DNA of 64,000 bases from an uncultured Curvibacter sp. (GCA_903834975.1 CAILKX010000092.1:2384-66383); one strand, 5' to 3'. Shown: positions 18,163 through 31,227, numbered from the stretch's first letter. Notes: a model not told the origin generated them from the sequence alone. Made by a program: numbers and translations.

Positions 18163-20289
18163 ATGAGCATTTTTAACAAAGTCACCAAGACCTTCCAATG
18201 GGGTCAACACACCGTCACCATGGAAACCGGCGAAATCGCCCGCCAAGCCACGGGTGCCGTGCTGGTGAACATCGACGACACCGTGGTTTTGGCCACCGTG
18301 GTGGCTTCCAAGTCCGCCAAGCCCGGTCAAGACTTCTTCCCCTTGACCGTCGATTACATCGAGAAAACCTACGCCGCAGGCAAGATCCCCGGCAGCTTTT
18401 TCAAGCGTGAAGCCAAGCCCAGCGAACTCGAAACCCTGACCAGCCGTCTGATCGACCGCCCCATTCGCCCCTTGTTCCCCGAGGGTTTTTTGAACGAAGT
18501 GCATGTGGTCATTCACACCGTGTCGTTGAACCCCGAAGTGGACGCCGACATCGCCGCCATGGTGGCCACCTCGGCCGCTTTGGCGGTGTCGGGTGTGCCC
18601 TTCAATGGCCCCATTGGTGCTGCCCGCGTGGGTTACATCAACGGTCAATACGTTTTGAACCCCGGCCAAACCCAGCGCAAAGACAGCGAAATGGAATTGG
18701 TTGTCGCTGGCACCGAAGCCGCCGTGCTGATGGTTGAATCCGAAGCCAAGCAATTGTCGGAAGACATCATGTTGGGCGCGGTTGTGTTCGGTCACGAACA
18801 AGGCGTGATTGCCATCAACGCCATTCACGACCTGGTGCGTGAAGCCGGCAAACCCGCCTGGGATTGGGCGCCTGCGGCGAAGAACGAGCCCCTGATTGCT
18901 CAGGTCAACGCCTTGGCCGAAGAAAAGCTGCGCGCCGCCTACCAAATCCGCAACAAGCAAGCCCGCACCCAAGCTTGCCGTGCAGCCTATGCCGAAGTCA
19001 TGGAAGGCTTGAAGGCCGCTGGCGCTGAGTTTGACTCGGCTTCCGTGGAAACCTTGTTGTTCGACATTGAGGCCCGCATCGTGCGCGGCCAAATCTTGGC
19101 GGGCGAGCCCCGCATCGATGGCCGCGACACCCGCACCGTGCGCCCCATTGAAATTCGCAATTCGGTCTTGCCCCGCACCCATGGCTCGGCCTTGTTCACG
19201 CGCGGCGAAACCCAAGCCTTGGTCATTGCCACCCTCGGCACCGAGCGCGATGCCCAGCGCATCGATGCCTTGGCCGGTGAGTTTGAAGACCGCTTCATGC
19301 TGCACTACAACATGCCTCCCTTTGCCACCGGCGAGGTCGGCCGCATGGGCAGCACCAAGCGCCGTGAAATTGGCCACGGCCGTTTGGCCAAGCGTGCACT
19401 GGCTGCCGTCTTGCCGAGCAAAGAAGAGTTCCCTTACACCATGCGCGTGGTGTCTGAGATCACCGAATCGAATGGTTCCTCATCGATGGCTTCGGTCTGC
19501 GGCGGCTGCTTGTCGCTGATGGACGCTGGCGTGCCTTTGAAGGCCCATGTGGCCGGTATCGCCATGGGCTTGATCAAGGACGGCAACCGTTTTGCCGTCT
19601 TGACCGACATCTTGGGCGACGAAGACCACCTGGGTGACATGGACTTCAAGGTGGCCGGTACCACCAACGGCATTACGGCCTTGCAAATGGACATCAAAAT
19701 CCAAGGCATTACCAAAGAAATCATGCAGGTCGCTTTGGCTCAAGCCAAGGAAGCCCGTTTGCACATTTTGGGCAAGATGCAAGAGGCCATGGGCGAAGCG
19801 AAAACCGAAGTCTCCAACTTCGCTCCCAAGCTGTTCACCATGAAGATCAACCCCGAAAAGATCCGTGACGTGATCGGCAAGGGCGGCGCCACCATCCGTG
19901 CGTTGACCGAAGAAACCGGCACCCAGATCAACATCGACGAAGACGGCACCATCACCATCGCCGCCACCGACGGCGCCAAGGCCGAAGAAGCCAAGCGCCG
20001 CATCGAGCAAATTACCGCCGAAGTGGAAATTGGCAAAATTTACGAAGGCCCCGTGACCAAGATCTTGGACTTCGGTGCCCTGATTAACTTGCTGCCAGGT
20101 AAAGACGGCTTGTTGCACATCAGCCAAATTGCCCACCAACGCGTTGAAAAGGTCAGCGACTACCTGAGCGAAGGCCAGATCGTCAAGGTCAAGGTCATGG
20201 AAACCGATGAAAAGGGCCGCGTCAAGCTGTCCATGAAGGCCCTGATGGAGCGTCCCGAACAAGGCGCCCCCGAAGGCGGTCAAGCCTGA
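18163..20289 (+). CDS. pnp: Polyribonucleotide nucleotidyltransferase
   Basis: [26 protein letters not shown] and GDMDFKVAG motifs; KH and S1 domains. Confidence 0.98.
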   Translation: MSIFNKVTKTFQWGQHTVTMETGEIARQATGAVLVNIDDTVVLATVVASKSAKPGQDFFPLTVDYIEKTYAAGKIPGSFFKREAKPSELETLTSRLIDRPIRPLFPEGFLNEVHVVIHTVSLNPEVDADIAAMVATSAALAVSGVPFNGPIGAARVGYINGQYVLNPGQTQRKDSEMELVVAGTEAAVLMVESEAKQLSEDIMLGAVVFGHEQGVIAINAIHDLVREAGKPAWDWAPAAKNEPLIAQVNALAEEKLRAAYQIRNKQARTQACRAAYAEVMEGLKAAGAEFDSASVETLLFDIEARIVRGQILAGEPRIDGRDTRTVRPIEIRNSVLPRTHGSALFTRGETQALVIATLGTERDAQRIDALAGEFEDRFMLHYNMPPFATGEVGRMGSTKRREIGHGRLAKRALAAVLPSKEEFPYTMRVVSEITESNGSSSMASVCGGCLSLMDAGVPLKAHVAGIAMGLIKDGNRFAVLTDILGDEDHLGDMDFKVAGTTNGITALQMDIKIQGITKEIMQVALAQAKEARLHILGKMQEAMGEAKTEVSNFAPKLFTMKINPEKIRDVIGKGGATIRALTEETGTQINIDEDGTITIAATDGAKAEEAKRRIEQITAEVEIGKIYEGPVTKILDFGALINLLPGKDGLLHISQIAHQRVEKVSDYLSEGQIVKVKVMETDEKGRVKLSMKALMERPEQGAPEGGQA

Positions 20290-20354
20290 TCACTTCGCGC
20301 TTCAACCACCGCTTGAAATCATCGCTTTAATTCATCACGTCAAGGAGGCGCGCC

Positions 20355-21341
20355 ATGAAAGCAGTCGAACTCAAGGGCTTTGGAGGCCCCGAAGTCTTGC
20401 AACTCGGCACCCGTCCCGACCCCATCCCGGGCGAGGGCGAGCTGCTGATTCGTGTGGGCGCGAGTGGCATCAACCGCCCCGACGTGTTGCAGCGCTTGGG
20501 GTATTACGCCCCGCCGCCCGGCGTATCGGATCTGCCCGGACTTGAAGTGGCTGGCACGGTGATCGCGGGTGATCTTCAGGCCATGGCCCAGGCCGGTTTT
20601 GCGGTCGGTGACCGGGTTTGCGCCTTGGTCGCGGGCGGTGGCTACGCCGAGCTTTGCGTGGCGCCGGTGGCGCAATGTTTGCCCATTCCAGCCGGTTGGA
20701 GCGATGTCGAAGCGGCTTCTCTGCCCGAAACTTTCTTCACCGTTTGGAGCAACGTTTTTGACCGTGGCCGTTTGCAAAAAGGCGAAACCTTGTTGATTCA
20801 GGGCGGCACCAGCGGCATTGGCGTGACCGCCATCCAATTGGCCAAAGCCTTTGGCGCCAAAGTCTTCGTGACCGCTGGCAGCGATGAAAAATGCGCGGCG
20901 GCTTTAAGCGTGGGCGCCGACCAAGCCATCAATTACAAAACCACCGACTTTGTGCAGGCCGTTAAAGACCTGACCCAAGGCCACGGGGTTGATGTGATCT
21001 TGGACATGGTGGCTGGGCCTTATGTGGCGCGTGAAATTGATTGTTTGGCCGAAGACGGCCGTTTGGTCATCATCGCCGTGCAAGGCGGGGTAGAGGCTGG
21101 CTTCAACGCCGGCGCTTTGTTGCGCAAGCGTTTGACCGTCACCGGCTCCACGTTGCGTCCCCGTTCGGTGGCCTTCAAGGCCGATATTGCCCAATCATTG
21201 AAAACCAAGGTCTGGCCGCTTTTGAGTCAAGGTCAAATCAAGCCCCAAGTCCACTCGACGTTCCCGGCAGCGCAGGCCAACGCCTCGCATGCCTTGATGG
21301 AGTCGGGTCAGCATGTGGGCAAAATTGTCCTAACTTGGTAA
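20355..21341 (+). CDS. NAD(P)H-quinone oxidoreductase (zeta-crystallin/PIG3-like)
   Basis: GINRPD, PGLEVAG, QGGTSGIG and GSTLRPR motifs. Confidence 0.9.
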   Translation: MKAVELKGFGGPEVLQLGTRPDPIPGEGELLIRVGASGINRPDVLQRLGYYAPPPGVSDLPGLEVAGTVIAGDLQAMAQAGFAVGDRVCALVAGGGYAELCVAPVAQCLPIPAGWSDVEAASLPETFFTVWSNVFDRGRLQKGETLLIQGGTSGIGVTAIQLAKAFGAKVFVTAGSDEKCAAALSVGADQAINYKTTDFVQAVKDLTQGHGVDVILDMVAGPYVAREIDCLAEDGRLVIIAVQGGVEAGFNAGALLRKRLTVTGSTLRPRSVAFKADIAQSLKTKVWPLLSQGQIKPQVHSTFPAAQANASHALMESGQHVGKIVLTW

Positions 21342-21389
21342 TCCCAGAGACCTGATGCCGCTTGAAGCTTCGAAGAAGAGGGCCTACAA

Positions 21390-22154
21390 ATGACCAAAAA
21401 ACTCATTGCCGGTAATTGGAAGATGAATGGCAACTTGGCCGACAACGCGGCCTTGATGGGCGCGGTCGTGGCGGGCTTGCCTTCGGCTGAGGCGCTGGAG
21501 GCCGCGCAAGTGTCGGTGCTGGTTTGCGTGCCTGCGCCTTACTTGGCTCAGGTGGCTGCTTTGCGTGGCCCGGTGGATTTGGGGGCGCAAGACGTTTCTC
21601 CCCAAAAAGGCGGGGCATACACCGGTGAGGTGTCCCCCGCGATGTTGAAAGACTTTGGCACTCGGTTTGTCATCGTCGGCCATTCAGAACGGCGTCAGAA
21701 CCACTTTGAAACCAACGAACTGGTGGCTTTGAAAGCCCAAAACTCGTTGGCCCATGGCCTCACCCCCATTGTTTGTGTGGGCGAAACCTTGGCCCAGCGT
21801 GAAGCGGGTGAAACCGAGGCGGTGGTGAAGCGCCAATTGGCGGCGGTGATCCATGTGAATGGCCACTGCCTGACCGAGTTGGTGGTGGCGTATGAGCCCG
21901 TTTGGGCCATAGGCACCGGCAAAACCGCAACGCCCGAACAGGCGCAAGCGGTGCATGCCGTCATTCGGACTCAGCTGCAGGCGGCCAGTTCGAACGCCAA
22001 GCGCATCCCTATTTTGTATGGCGGCAGCATGAATGCCAGCAACGCTGCGGCCTTGTTGGCTCAGCCTGACATTGACGGTGGCCTGATTGGTGGCGCCGCT
22101 TTGAAGGCCGCTGATTTTTTACAAATCGTCGCTGCAGCCCAGGCTGTGGCTTGA
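21390..22154 (+). CDS. tpiA: Triosephosphate isomerase
   Basis: [30 protein letters not shown] and YGGS motifs. Confidence 0.98.
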   Translation: MTKKLIAGNWKMNGNLADNAALMGAVVAGLPSAEALEAAQVSVLVCVPAPYLAQVAALRGPVDLGAQDVSPQKGGAYTGEVSPAMLKDFGTRFVIVGHSERRQNHFETNELVALKAQNSLAHGLTPIVCVGETLAQREAGETEAVVKRQLAAVIHVNGHCLTELVVAYEPVWAIGTGKTATPEQAQAVHAVIRTQLQAASSNAKRIPILYGGSMNASNAAALLAQPDIDGGLIGGAALKAADFLQIVAAAQAVA

Positions 22155-22173
22155 AATTTTCTGGAGTGAGAGT

Positions 22174-22569
22174 ATGAGCATCGTTGTGACATTGATTTTG
22201 ACGGCCCAAATGTTGTCGGCCTTGGGCATGATTGGCCTGATTTTGGTACAGCACGGCAAAGGTGCCGACATGGGCGCCGCCTTTGGCAGTGGCGGCTCCG
22301 GGAGCCTGTTCGGGGCCAGTGGCAGCGCCAACTTTTTGTCGCGCACCACGGCGGTGCTGGCGGCAGTCTTTTTCACGACCACTTTGGCCTTGGCTTACTT
22401 TGGCAACCTGCGCGCAGAAGCCCCCGCCAGCACGGGTTCTGTCTTGGAAACGGCAGCCGGCGTGGGTTCTGCTTTGGAGGGCGCTAAAACAGCCGCGCCC
22501 GCGCCTGCAATCCCCCCCGCTGAACCCGCTCAGCCTGCAAAAGGTTCGGCGGCCATTCCCACCAAATAA
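22174..22569 (+). CDS. secG: Preprotein translocase subunit SecG
   Basis: LILVQHGKGADMGAAFG...SANFLSRTT; conserved position after tpiA. Confidence 0.95.
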   Translation: MSIVVTLILTAQMLSALGMIGLILVQHGKGADMGAAFGSGGSGSLFGASGSANFLSRTTAVLAAVFFTTTLALAYFGNLRAEAPASTGSVLETAAGVGSALEGAKTAAPAPAIPPAEPAQPAKGSAAIPTK

Positions 22570-22605
22570 TGGGCTGAATGAGTTGTTCGATTACTGCGGG
22601 TTTAT

Positions 22606-22636
22606 CCGTAAAAGCCAGCTCTTTTACGGGTAGAAT
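22606..22636 (+). promoter_or_regulatory. Perfect inverted repeat directly upstream of the tRNA -10 box
   Basis: CCGTAAAAG-N6-CTTTTACGG (22606-22629), then TAGAAT (22631-22636) and a GC-rich discriminator CCGCGC. Confidence 0.55.
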
Positions 22637-22691
22637 CCGCGCTGGTTTGTAGCGCTGTTTGACTGTCCTCAAGCGCTTCAACGCAAACTGT

Positions 22692-22776
22692 GCCGTCGTG
22701 GTGAAATTGGTAGACACGCTATCTTGAGGGGGTAGTGGCGAAAGCTGTGCGAGTTCGAGTCTCGCCGACGGCACCA
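22692..22776 (+). tRNA. tRNA-Leu (anticodon GAG)
   Basis: 85 nt; GCCGTCG/CGACGGC acceptor stem; CTATC-TTGAGGG-GGTAG anticodon arm; long variable arm; GTTCGA T-loop; encoded CCA. Confidence 0.97.
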
Positions 22777-22799
22777 CCAGACATGAATTGATAATCGCG

Positions 22800-23159
22800 A
22801 TGAATCTCGACCAATATTTGCCCATTTTGTTGTTCATCGGCGTTGGCGTTTTGGTGGGCATCGTGCCCCAAGCGCTGGCCTATGTCCTGGGCCCCAATCG
22901 CCCCTATGCGGCCAAAGACTCCCCTTACGAATGCGGCTTTGAGGCCTTCGAAGACGCGCGCATGAAATTTGACGTTCGCTACTACTTGGTGGCGATTTTG
23001 TTCATCTTGTTTGACCTCGAAATCGCCTTCTTGTTCCCTTGGGCGGTGTCGCTCAAAGAAGTGGGCATGACAGGCTTTGTCGCCGTCTTGATTTTCTTGG
23101 CCATTTTGGTGGTTGGCTTTGCTTACGAGTGGAAAAAAGGCGCCTTGGACTGGGAATAA
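22800..23159 (+). CDS. nuoA: NADH-quinone oxidoreductase subunit A
   Basis: [23 protein letters not shown]. Confidence 0.97.
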   Translation: MNLDQYLPILLFIGVGVLVGIVPQALAYVLGPNRPYAAKDSPYECGFEAFEDARMKFDVRYYLVAILFILFDLEIAFLFPWAVSLKEVGMTGFVAVLIFLAILVVGFAYEWKKGALDWE

Positions 23160-23232
23160 ACCCGCCTCATGGCTTTCGACGACATTCCATTCATCCCAGA
23201 TTTAATCAGATTCAATTTCAGGAACGGGCACC

Positions 23233-23712
23233 ATGATTGAAGGCGTATTCAAAGAAGGCTTTGTCACGACGAGTTACGACTCGGTGGTGAACTGGGCCAA
23301 AACCGGTTCTCTCTGGCCCATGACGTTTGGCTTGGCTTGCTGCGCCGTCGAAATGATGCACGCGGCTGCGGCCCGTTACGACTTGGGGCGCTTCGGTGCT
23401 GAGGTGTTCCGCGCCAGCCCCCGTCAAAGCGATTTGATGATCGTCGCCGGCACGTTGTGCAACAAAATGGCCCCTGCCTTGCGCAAGGTCTATGACCAAA
23501 TGAGCGAGCCCCGCTGGGTCATTTCAATGGGTTCTTGCGCCAACGGCGGTGGTTATTACCACTACAGCTACTCTGTGGTTCGCGGCTGTGACCGCATTGT
23601 GCCGGTGGATGTTTATGTGCCGGGCTGCCCGCCCACGGCTGAAGCCTTGATCTACGGCATCATCCAGCTGCAGCAAAAAATCCGCCGCACGCAAACCATT
23701 GCGCGTGTTTGA
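23233..23712 (+). CDS. nuoB: NADH-quinone oxidoreductase subunit B
   Basis: [22 protein letters not shown]. Confidence 0.97.
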   Translation: MIEGVFKEGFVTTSYDSVVNWAKTGSLWPMTFGLACCAVEMMHAAAARYDLGRFGAEVFRASPRQSDLMIVAGTLCNKMAPALRKVYDQMSEPRWVISMGSCANGGGYYHYSYSVVRGCDRIVPVDVYVPGCPPTAEALIYGIIQLQQKIRRTQTIARV

Positions 23713-23743
23713 TGGTGCTTCAGGACTCAACCAGGACTCAAGC

Positions 23744-24349
23744 ATGACATTGCAAGCCATCCACCCCGAAACCCTGAAAGCGACGGTGTTGTCGGTTTTG
23801 GGCGAAAAAGCCAAATCTGTAGAAATTGCCCTCGGCGAAGTGACGCTCGATGTCACCCCGGCCCATTACTTGGAAGTCATGACCCTGTTGCGCCAAGCGC
23901 CCGGTTGTGCCTTTGAGCAATTGGTGGATTTGTGCGGCCTCGATTTTTCCACCTACGCCGACGGCACGTATGAAGGCCCCCGTTTTGCGGTGGTCTCCCA
24001 TTTGTTGTCGGTCAGCTTGAACCAACGACTGCGCGTGCGGGTTTTCTGCACTGACGACGTCATGCCCTTGCTGGACTCGGTTCACCAAGTCTGGAATTCA
24101 GCGTTGTGGTACGAGCGGGAAGCCTTTGATTTGTACGGCATCGTGTTTGATGGCCACCCCGATTTGCGTCGCATTTTGACCGACTACGGTTTCATTGGGC
24201 ACCCCTTCCGCAAGGACTTCCCCATCTCGGGTCATGTCGAAATGCGTTACGACCCCGACTTGAAGCGCGTGGTCTACCAACCCGTCTCCATTGAGCCGCG
24301 TGAAATTACCCCGCGCATCATCCGCGAAGCCCATTACGGGGGTCTGTGA
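23744..24349 (+). CDS. nuoC: NADH-quinone oxidoreductase subunit C
   Basis: [30 protein letters not shown]. Confidence 0.96.
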   Translation: MTLQAIHPETLKATVLSVLGEKAKSVEIALGEVTLDVTPAHYLEVMTLLRQAPGCAFEQLVDLCGLDFSTYADGTYEGPRFAVVSHLLSVSLNQRLRVRVFCTDDVMPLLDSVHQVWNSALWYEREAFDLYGIVFDGHPDLRRILTDYGFIGHPFRKDFPISGHVEMRYDPDLKRVVYQPVSIEPREITPRIIREAHYGGL

Positions 24350-24350
24350 C

Positions 24351-25604
24351 ATGGCTGAAATTAAAAACTACACCCTCAACTTTGGTCCCCAACACCCGGC
24401 CGCTCACGGTGTTTTGCGTTTGGTGTTGGAGCTGGACGGCGAAGTGGTTCAACGCGCCGATCCGCACATTGGCTTGTTGCACCGCGCCACTGAAAAGCTG
24501 GCCGAAACCAAAACCTACATCCAGTCCTTGCCTTACATGGACCGCCTCGACTATGTGTCGATGATGTGCAACGAGCACGCCTATTGCTTGGCGCTCGAAA
24601 AAATGTTGGGCATTGAAGTGCCGATTCGCGCGCAATACATCCGCGTGATGTTTGCCGAAATCACCCGCTTGCTGAACCATTTGATGTGGCTGGGTTCGCA
24701 CGGCAATGACATTGGCAGTTCGACCATCCTGATCTACACCTTCCGCGAGCGTGAAGCGCTGTTTGACATTTACGAAGCAGTCTCTGGCGCGCGCATGCAC
24801 GCCGCCTATTTCCGTCCTGGCGGCGTTTACCGCGACCTGCCTGAGACCATGGCGCAGTTCAAGGTCAACAAGATCCAGAATCAAAAGGCAGTCAACGAAC
24901 TCAACTTCAACCGCCAAGGGTCGCTGCTTGATTTCATTGAATTCTTTGTCAAAGAATTCCCCACGCGCGTGGACGAATACGAAACGCTGCTCACCGAAAA
25001 CCGCATCTGGAAACAGCGCACGGTGGGCATTGGGGTCGTGACCCCAGAGCGGGCCTTGAACATGGGCCTCACCGGTCCGATGTTGCGTGGTTCGGGCATT
25101 CCCTGGGATTTGCGCAAGACCCAACCTTACGACGTCTACGATCAAATGGATTTTGAAGTGCCCGTCGGCAAAACCGGTGACAGCTACGACCGCTATTTGG
25201 TGCGTGTGGCCGAAATGCGCGAGTCCAACAAAATCATTCAGCAGTGCGTCAATTGGCTGCGCGCCAATCCGGGCCCCGTCATCACCGACAACCACAAAAT
25301 CGCACCGCCCTCGCGCGAAGGCATGAAGTCAAGCATGGAAGACTTGATTCACCACTTCAAGCTCTTCACCGAAGGCTTCCATGTACCCGAAGGCCAAGCC
25401 TACGCCGCCGTGGAACACCCCAAGGGGGAGTTCGGTATTTACTGCGTCAGCGACGGCGCCAACAAGCCCTATCGCTTGAAAATCCGCGCCCCTGGTTTTG
25501 CCCACTTGGCGGCCTTGGACGAAATGGCGCGTGGCCACATGCTGGCCGACGCGGTGGCCATCATTGGCACCATGGACATTGTGTTTGGAGAGATTGACCG
25601 ATGA
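24351..25604 (+). CDS. nuoD: NADH-quinone oxidoreductase subunit D
   Basis: [37 protein letters not shown]. Confidence 0.97.
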   Translation: MAEIKNYTLNFGPQHPAAHGVLRLVLELDGEVVQRADPHIGLLHRATEKLAETKTYIQSLPYMDRLDYVSMMCNEHAYCLALEKMLGIEVPIRAQYIRVMFAEITRLLNHLMWLGSHGNDIGSSTILIYTFREREALFDIYEAVSGARMHAAYFRPGGVYRDLPETMAQFKVNKIQNQKAVNELNFNRQGSLLDFIEFFVKEFPTRVDEYETLLTENRIWKQRTVGIGVVTPERALNMGLTGPMLRGSGIPWDLRKTQPYDVYDQMDFEVPVGKTGDSYDRYLVRVAEMRESNKIIQQCVNWLRANPGPVITDNHKIAPPSREGMKSSMEDLIHHFKLFTEGFHVPEGQAYAAVEHPKGEFGIYCVSDGANKPYRLKIRAPGFAHLAALDEMARGHMLADAVAIIGTMDIVFGEIDR

Positions 25605-26089
25605 TCACCGAAGCCACCCGCGCTCGCTTTGAGCGCGAAATTGCCAAGTACCCGGCCGATCAAAAACAGTCTGCCGTCATGGCCTGTTTGTCGATTGTTC
25701 AGCAAGAACAGGGCTGGGTCAGTGAAGAAAGTGAAGCCGTGATTGCTTCGATTTTGGGCATGCCCGAAATCGCGGTGCACGAAGTCACCACTTTCTACAA
25801 CATGTACAACCAAAAGCCTTTGGGCAAGTTCAAACTGAACGTGTGCACCAACTTGCCCTGCCAATTGCGAGACGGCAGCAAGGCCTTGCAGCATTTGGCG
25901 CAAAAACTGGGCATTGAAATGGGCCAAACGACGCCCGACGGCTTGTTCACTTTGCAGCAATCCGAGTGCTTGGGGGCCTGCGCCGATTCACCCGTGATGT
26001 TGGTGAATGACCGCCACATGTGCAGCTTCATGAGCAATGAAAAGCTCGATCAATTGGTCGACGGCCTGCGCGCCTCGGTCAGCAAATAA
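25601..26089 (+). CDS. nuoE: NADH-quinone oxidoreductase subunit E
   Basis: CTNLPC and ECLGAC [2Fe-2S] ligands. Confidence 0.96.
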   Translation: MITEATRARFEREIAKYPADQKQSAVMACLSIVQQEQGWVSEESEAVIASILGMPEIAVHEVTTFYNMYNQKPLGKFKLNVCTNLPCQLRDGSKALQHLAQKLGIEMGQTTPDGLFTLQQSECLGACADSPVMLVNDRHMCSFMSNEKLDQLVDGLRASVSK

Positions 26090-26102
26090 GGGGCGGACAG
26101 AC

Positions 26103-27464
26103 ATGAACGTTGACCAAATCCTTGACCAATTCGAAGCCACCGGAACGCAGACTTGCTTCCATGGTCGCCACATTGAGCCCCAAATTTACAAAGACTTGGA
26201 CGGCACCAACTGGCGCTTGAAAGACTACGTGGCCCGCGGCGGCTACGCGGCTTTGCGCAAAATTTTGGGCAAAGAAGAGGGCGCTGAAACCGAGCCCTTG
26301 ACACAAGACCAAGTCATCGCCACCGTCAAAGAGTCGGTGCTGCGCGGGCGCGGCGGTGCGGGTTTCCCCACCGGCTTGAAGTGGAGCTTCATGCCCCGCC
26401 AATTCCCTGGCCAAAAATACCTGGTTTGCAATTCTGACGAAGGCGAACCCGGTACCTGCAAAGACCGCGACATCTTGATGTACAACCCGCACATCGTGAT
26501 TGAGGGCATGATCATCGCGGCCTATGCCATGGGCATCAGCGTGGGTTACAACTACATCCACGGCGAAATTTTCCAGGTCTACGATCGCTTTGAAGAAGCC
26601 TTGCAAGAAGCGCGTGACGCGGGCATGCTCGGACAAAACATTTTGGGCAGCGCCTTCAGCTTCCAACTGCACGCCGCGCACGGTTTCGGCGCTTACATTT
26701 GCGGCGAAGAAACCGCCTTGCTCGAATCGTTGGAAGGCAAAAAAGGCCAACCCCGCTTCAAGCCGCCATTCCCCGCCAGCTTTGGTTTGTACGGCAAGCC
26801 CACGACCATCAACAACACCGAAACCTTTGCGGCGGTGCCTTGGGTCATTCGCCATGGCGGCCAAGCCTACCTCGACATCGGCAAGCCCAACAACGGGGGC
26901 ACCAAAATTTTCTCGGTCAGCGGCGACGTCGAGTTGCCTGGCAACTATGAAGTGCCGATGGGCACGCCATTTGCCAAGTTGCTCGAATTGGCTGGCGGGG
27001 TGCGCAAAGGCCGCACCTTGAAGGCGGTCATTCCCGGCGGTTCTTCATCGCCCGTCATTCCTGCTGCGCAAATGATGGAACTCACCATGGATTACGACGC
27101 CATCGCCAAGGCCGGCTCCATGCTGGGCTCGGGCGCGGTGATTGTCATGGACGACTCGCGCAACATGGTTGAAAGCCTGTTGCGTTTGTCTTACTTCTAC
27201 TCGCACGAATCCTGCGGACAATGCACGCCTTGCCGCGAAGGCACGGGATGGATGTGGCGCGTGGTCGACCGCATCTGGCACGGCCACGGTCGGCGCGAAG
27301 ATTTGGATTTGTTGAACTCGGTCGCCGACAACATTCAAGGCCGCACGATTTGCGCCTTGGGTGATGCAGCGGCGATGCCCGTGCGCGCCATGATCAAGCA
27401 TTTCCGCCCCGAATTTGAGGCCTTGATTGAGCAAGCAGCCCAACGTGGCGCGGCCCACGCTTGA
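26103..27464 (+). CDS. nuoF: NADH-quinone oxidoreductase subunit F
   Basis: [37 protein letters not shown]. Confidence 0.97.
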   Translation: MNVDQILDQFEATGTQTCFHGRHIEPQIYKDLDGTNWRLKDYVARGGYAALRKILGKEEGAETEPLTQDQVIATVKESVLRGRGGAGFPTGLKWSFMPRQFPGQKYLVCNSDEGEPGTCKDRDILMYNPHIVIEGMIIAAYAMGISVGYNYIHGEIFQVYDRFEEALQEARDAGMLGQNILGSAFSFQLHAAHGFGAYICGEETALLESLEGKKGQPRFKPPFPASFGLYGKPTTINNTETFAAVPWVIRHGGQAYLDIGKPNNGGTKIFSVSGDVELPGNYEVPMGTPFAKLLELAGGVRKGRTLKAVIPGGSSSPVIPAAQMMELTMDYDAIAKAGSMLGSGAVIVMDDSRNMVESLLRLSYFYSHESCGQCTPCREGTGWMWRVVDRIWHGHGRREDLDLLNSVADNIQGRTICALGDAAAMPVRAMIKHFRPEFEALIEQAAQRGAAHA

Positions 27465-27495
27465 CCCCTTGACCTCTTGAACCCTGAGAATACCT

Positions 27496-29610
27496 ATGGT
27501 TGAAATCGAACTCGACGGTCAAAAAATAGAAATAGTGCCCGGCAGCATGATCATGCATGCGGCCGAAAAAGCCGGCAGCTACATTCCTCACTTTTGCTAT
27601 CACAAGAAGCTGAGCATTGCGGCCAATTGCCGCATGTGTTTGGTGGATGTGGAAAAAGCCCCCAAACCGCTGCCCGCTTGCGCCACGCCCGTGACGCAAG
27701 GCATGGTCGTTCACACCAAGAGCGACAAGGCCGTCAAGGCCCAAAAGTCGGTGATGGAGTTTTTGCTCATCAACCACCCGCTCGATTGCCCCATCTGTGA
27801 CCAAGGCGGCGAATGCCAGTTGCAAGATTTGGCGGTGGGTTATGGCGACAGCTACTCGCGTTACGACGAAGAAAAACGCGTGGTGTTCCACAAAGACGTG
27901 GGCCCGCTGATTTCCATGGAAGAAATGAGCCGTTGCATCCACTGCACCCGCTGCGTGCGCTTTGGCCAAGAAGTGGCCGGCGTGATGGAGCTCGGCATGA
28001 TCAACCGCGGTGAACACTCTGAGATCACCACCGTGGTTGGCGAAACCGTCGACTCCGAATTGTCCGGCAACATGATCGATTTGTGCCCCGTGGGGGCCTT
28101 GACCAGCAAGCCCTTCCGTTACAGCGCCCGCACTTGGGAGTTGTCGCGTCGCAAGAGCATTGCCGCTCACGACTCCAGCGGTGCCAACCTGATTGTTCAA
28201 GTCAAGAACCAGCAAGTCATGCGTGTGGTCCCCTGGGAAAACGAGGCCGTTAATGAATGCTGGATTGCCGACCGCGAGCGCTTCTCTTATGAGGCCGTGA
28301 ATGCGCCCGACCGCCTGACCAAGCCCATGCTCAAGCAGGGCGGCGAGTGGAAAGAAGTCGACTGGACCACTGCCCTTGAATACGTGGCCAACGGCCTGCG
28401 CCAGGTCAAGTCAGACCACGGTGCAGCCCGCATTGGCGCCTTGGTCAGCCCCCAAAGCACAGTTGAAGAACTGTTCTTGGCCAGCCATTTGGTGCGTGGT
28501 TTGGGCAGCGACAACATCGACTACCGCTTGCGCAATGCCCAGTTTGCTGCCTTTGAAGGCGTGCGTTGGTTGGGCACCTCGATCGCTTCTTTGAGCCAAT
28601 TGCAACGTGTCTTGGTCGTGGGCTCCAATCTGCGCAAGGACCATCCTTTGTTTGCGGCTCGAATTCGCCAGGCAACCCGCCAAGGTGCGCAAGTGCACGC
28701 CATCCATTCGGTACAAACCGATTGGGCTTTGCCGGTGGCTTCATTCCAGGTCAGTGCGGCTTACCAATGGGAAACCTTGCTGTCGAACGTGGCCGCGGCC
28801 TTGGCGCAAGAATTGAAGATTGACTCGCCTTTTGTGGGCCAAGTGACCCCCGCGGCCACTCAGGTGGCCAAGGCCTTGATCAGCGGCGAGAAAAAAGCCG
28901 TGCTCTTGGGCAACGCCGCAGCGCACCATGCCAACGCCGCCAGCCTGTTGGCCTTGGCCAACTGGATTGGCCAACAAACCAACGCCAGCGTGGGTTACCT
29001 GACCGAAGCCGCCAACACGGTGGGCGCCCAACTGGTGGGTGCTCAGCCCCAAGCCCAAGGCTTGAACGCCTTGGAAATGCTCCAAGGTGGGCTGAAAGCC
29101 GCCTTGTTGCTGAACTTGGAGCCCCAACACGACACGGTCTTGTCGGGCGAAGCGGCGCTGAGCGGTTTGGCCAAGGCCGACATGGTCGTGACCTTAAGCC
29201 CCTTCAAAACCAATATGGACATCAGCGATGTGCTGTTGCCCATTGCGCCTTTCACCGAAACCTCGGGCACTTTTGTTAACGCGGAAGGACGCGCGCAAAG
29301 CTTCCACGCCGTGGTCAAGCCCTTGGCTGACACCCGTCCGGCTTGGAAGGTCTTGCGGGTCTTGGGCAATTTGCTCGATCTCGACGGCTTTGACTTTGAG
29401 GCCTCGACCGATGTGCTTCAGAAAGCGAACCTCAGCGCCGATCGCTTGAGCAACGCCACGGCCGCCTTGGTACGTTACTCAGATGCCAATGAGCCCGCAC
29501 CGGTGGTGGCCAGCATCTACCAATTGGATGGCTTGGTCCGCCGTGCCCCTTCTTTGCAAATGACGGCCGATGGACGCGCCGCCCATGAACTTCAAGGAGC
29601 GCAGGCATGA
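27496..29610 (+). CDS. nuoG: NADH-quinone oxidoreductase subunit G
   Basis: [37 protein letters not shown]. Confidence 0.97.
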   Translation: MVEIELDGQKIEIVPGSMIMHAAEKAGSYIPHFCYHKKLSIAANCRMCLVDVEKAPKPLPACATPVTQGMVVHTKSDKAVKAQKSVMEFLLINHPLDCPICDQGGECQLQDLAVGYGDSYSRYDEEKRVVFHKDVGPLISMEEMSRCIHCTRCVRFGQEVAGVMELGMINRGEHSEITTVVGETVDSELSGNMIDLCPVGALTSKPFRYSARTWELSRRKSIAAHDSSGANLIVQVKNQQVMRVVPWENEAVNECWIADRERFSYEAVNAPDRLTKPMLKQGGEWKEVDWTTALEYVANGLRQVKSDHGAARIGALVSPQSTVEELFLASHLVRGLGSDNIDYRLRNAQFAAFEGVRWLGTSIASLSQLQRVLVVGSNLRKDHPLFAARIRQATRQGAQVHAIHSVQTDWALPVASFQVSAAYQWETLLSNVAAALAQELKIDSPFVGQVTPAATQVAKALISGEKKAVLLGNAAAHHANAASLLALANWIGQQTNASVGYLTEAANTVGAQLVGAQPQAQGLNALEMLQGGLKAALLLNLEPQHDTVLSGEAALSGLAKADMVVTLSPFKTNMDISDVLLPIAPFTETSGTFVNAEGRAQSFHAVVKPLADTRPAWKVLRVLGNLLDLDGFDFEASTDVLQKANLSADRLSNATAALVRYSDANEPAPVVASIYQLDGLVRRAPSLQMTADGRAAHELQGAQA

Positions 29611-30689
29611 TTGACGCGCTGTACAACGCGGGCTTGCACGCCTGCGATTCGAGCTGGTGGGCCACCTTGGTTTGGCCGGTGCTGTGGATTCTCATCAAAA
29701 TCGTGGCGGTGTTGCTGCCCTTGATGGGGGCGGTGGCTTACCTCACCTTGTGGGAGCGCAAACTGTTGGGCTTCATGCAAGTGCGCTTTGGCCCCAACCG
29801 CGTCGGCCCTTTTGGTTTGTTGCAACCCATAGCCGACGCCTTGAAGCTGCTCACCAAAGAGTTGATCAACCCTTCAGCCGCTAATTTGGGTCTGTTCCGC
29901 TTGGGTCCCATCATGGCCATCATGCCCGCGCTGGCGGCCTGGGTGGCCATTCCTTTTGGCCCCGATGTGGTTTTGACGAACATCAACGCGGGCGTGTTGT
30001 TGGTCATGGCGATCACTTCGATTGAGGTTTATGGCGTCATCATCGCGGGTTGGTCATCCAACTCACGCTACCCCTTCTTGGGGGCCTTGCGTGCATCCGC
30101 CCAAATGGTCAGCTACGAAATCGCCATGGGCTTTTGCTTCTTGGTGGTCATCATGGTCTCGGGCAGCATGAACTTGACGGCCATCGTGGCCGGCCAAACC
30201 AAGGGCACGATGGCGGCCATGGGCCTGAACTTCTTGTCATGGAACTGGTTGCCTTTGTTCCCGATTTTCATGGTGTACCTGATTTCCGCAGTGGCCGAAA
30301 CCAATCGCCACCCCTTCGACGTGGTCGAAGGCGAAGCTGAAATCGTCGCCGGACACATGGTGGAATATTCCGGCATGGGCTTTGCCATCTTCTTCCTGGC
30401 TGAATACGCCAGCATGTGGTTGGTGTCGCTGTTGGCGGTCTTGATGTTTTTGGGCGGCTGGGCTTCGCCGCTCGACAACGCCCTGTTCAACGCCGTACCC
30501 GGTTGGATTTGGTTGGGCATCAAAACCTTCTTGGTGGTCTCGATGTTCATCTGGATTCGCGCCACTTTCCCTCGCTATCGCTATGACCAGATCATGCGTT
30601 TGGGCTGGAAAATCTTCATTCCACTGACGCTGTTCTGGTTGTTGGTGGTCGGTTTCTGGATGCAGACTTCTTGGAACATTTGGAATTGA
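29607..30689 (+). CDS. nuoH: NADH-quinone oxidoreductase subunit H
   Basis: [36 protein letters not shown]. Confidence 0.97.
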   Translation: MIDALYNAGLHACDSSWWATLVWPVLWILIKIVAVLLPLMGAVAYLTLWERKLLGFMQVRFGPNRVGPFGLLQPIADALKLLTKELINPSAANLGLFRLGPIMAIMPALAAWVAIPFGPDVVLTNINAGVLLVMAITSIEVYGVIIAGWSSNSRYPFLGALRASAQMVSYEIAMGFCFLVVIMVSGSMNLTAIVAGQTKGTMAAMGLNFLSWNWLPLFPIFMVYLISAVAETNRHPFDVVEGEAEIVAGHMVEYSGMGFAIFFLAEYASMWLVSLLAVLMFLGGWASPLDNALFNAVPGWIWLGIKTFLVVSMFIWIRATFPRYRYDQIMRLGWKIFIPLTLFWLLVVGFWMQTSWNIWN

Positions 30690-30690
30690 T

Positions 30691-31200
30691 ATGAACACCG
30701 CCGTCGTTGCCCCGTTTTCTCTCAAGGACTTCTTGAAAAGCTTCATGCTTTACGAGTTGTTCAAAGGCATGGCCTTGACCGGTAGCTATACCTTCAAGCG
30801 CAAGTTCACGATCCAGTTCCCTGAAGAAAAAACACCGCTGTCGCCGCGCTTCCGTGGCCTGCATGCGCTTCGTCGATACGAAAATGGCGAAGAGCGTTGC
30901 ATCGCCTGCAAATTGTGCGAAGCGGTTTGTCCCGCGATGGCCATCACCATCGAATCGGAAGTGCGCGAGGACGGATCGCGCCGCACCAAGCGCTACGACA
31001 TCGACTTGACCAAATGCATTTACTGCGGCTTCTGCGAAGAAAGCTGCCCAGTGGATTCCATTGTTGAAACCTCGATCTTTGAGTACGTCGGCGAAAAGCG
31101 GGGCGACCTGTACTTCACCAAAGAAATGCTCTTGGCCGTCGGTGACCGCTACGAGCCCGAAATTGCTGCGGCCAAGGCGGCTGACGCCCCTTACCGCTAA
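30691..31200 (+). CDS. nuoI: NADH-quinone oxidoreductase subunit I
   Basis: Two CxxCxxCxxxCP ferredoxin motifs. Confidence 0.97.
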   Translation: MNTAVVAPFSLKDFLKSFMLYELFKGMALTGSYTFKRKFTIQFPEEKTPLSPRFRGLHALRRYENGEERCIACKLCEAVCPAMAITIESEVREDGSRRTKRYDIDLTKCIYCGFCEESCPVDSIVETSIFEYVGEKRGDLYFTKEMLLAVGDRYEPEIAAAKAADAPYR

Positions 31201-31227
31201 CCGCAGATCGATTGGAAAGACTAGTCT

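Noticed and set aside
18007-19377. 456-aa ORF overlapping the start of pnp
   Set aside because: Translation reads as an out-of-frame shadow of pnp; it has no domain signature and runs through the leader structures.
22692-22800. Genomic island integrated at tRNA-Leu
   Set aside because: nuoA follows within 24 nt; no integrase or duplicated tRNA 3' end was seen in the window.
22790-22802. Leaderless start for nuoA (GATAAT-N4-ATG)
   Set aside because: The 4-nt spacer is too short; nuoA is more likely co-transcribed from the tRNA promoter.
24690-24920. Atypical NuoD segments ([11 protein letters not shown]; [11 protein letters not shown])
   Set aside because: Similar to what I recall for Comamonadaceae NuoD; all core motifs are intact, so no novelty is supportable.
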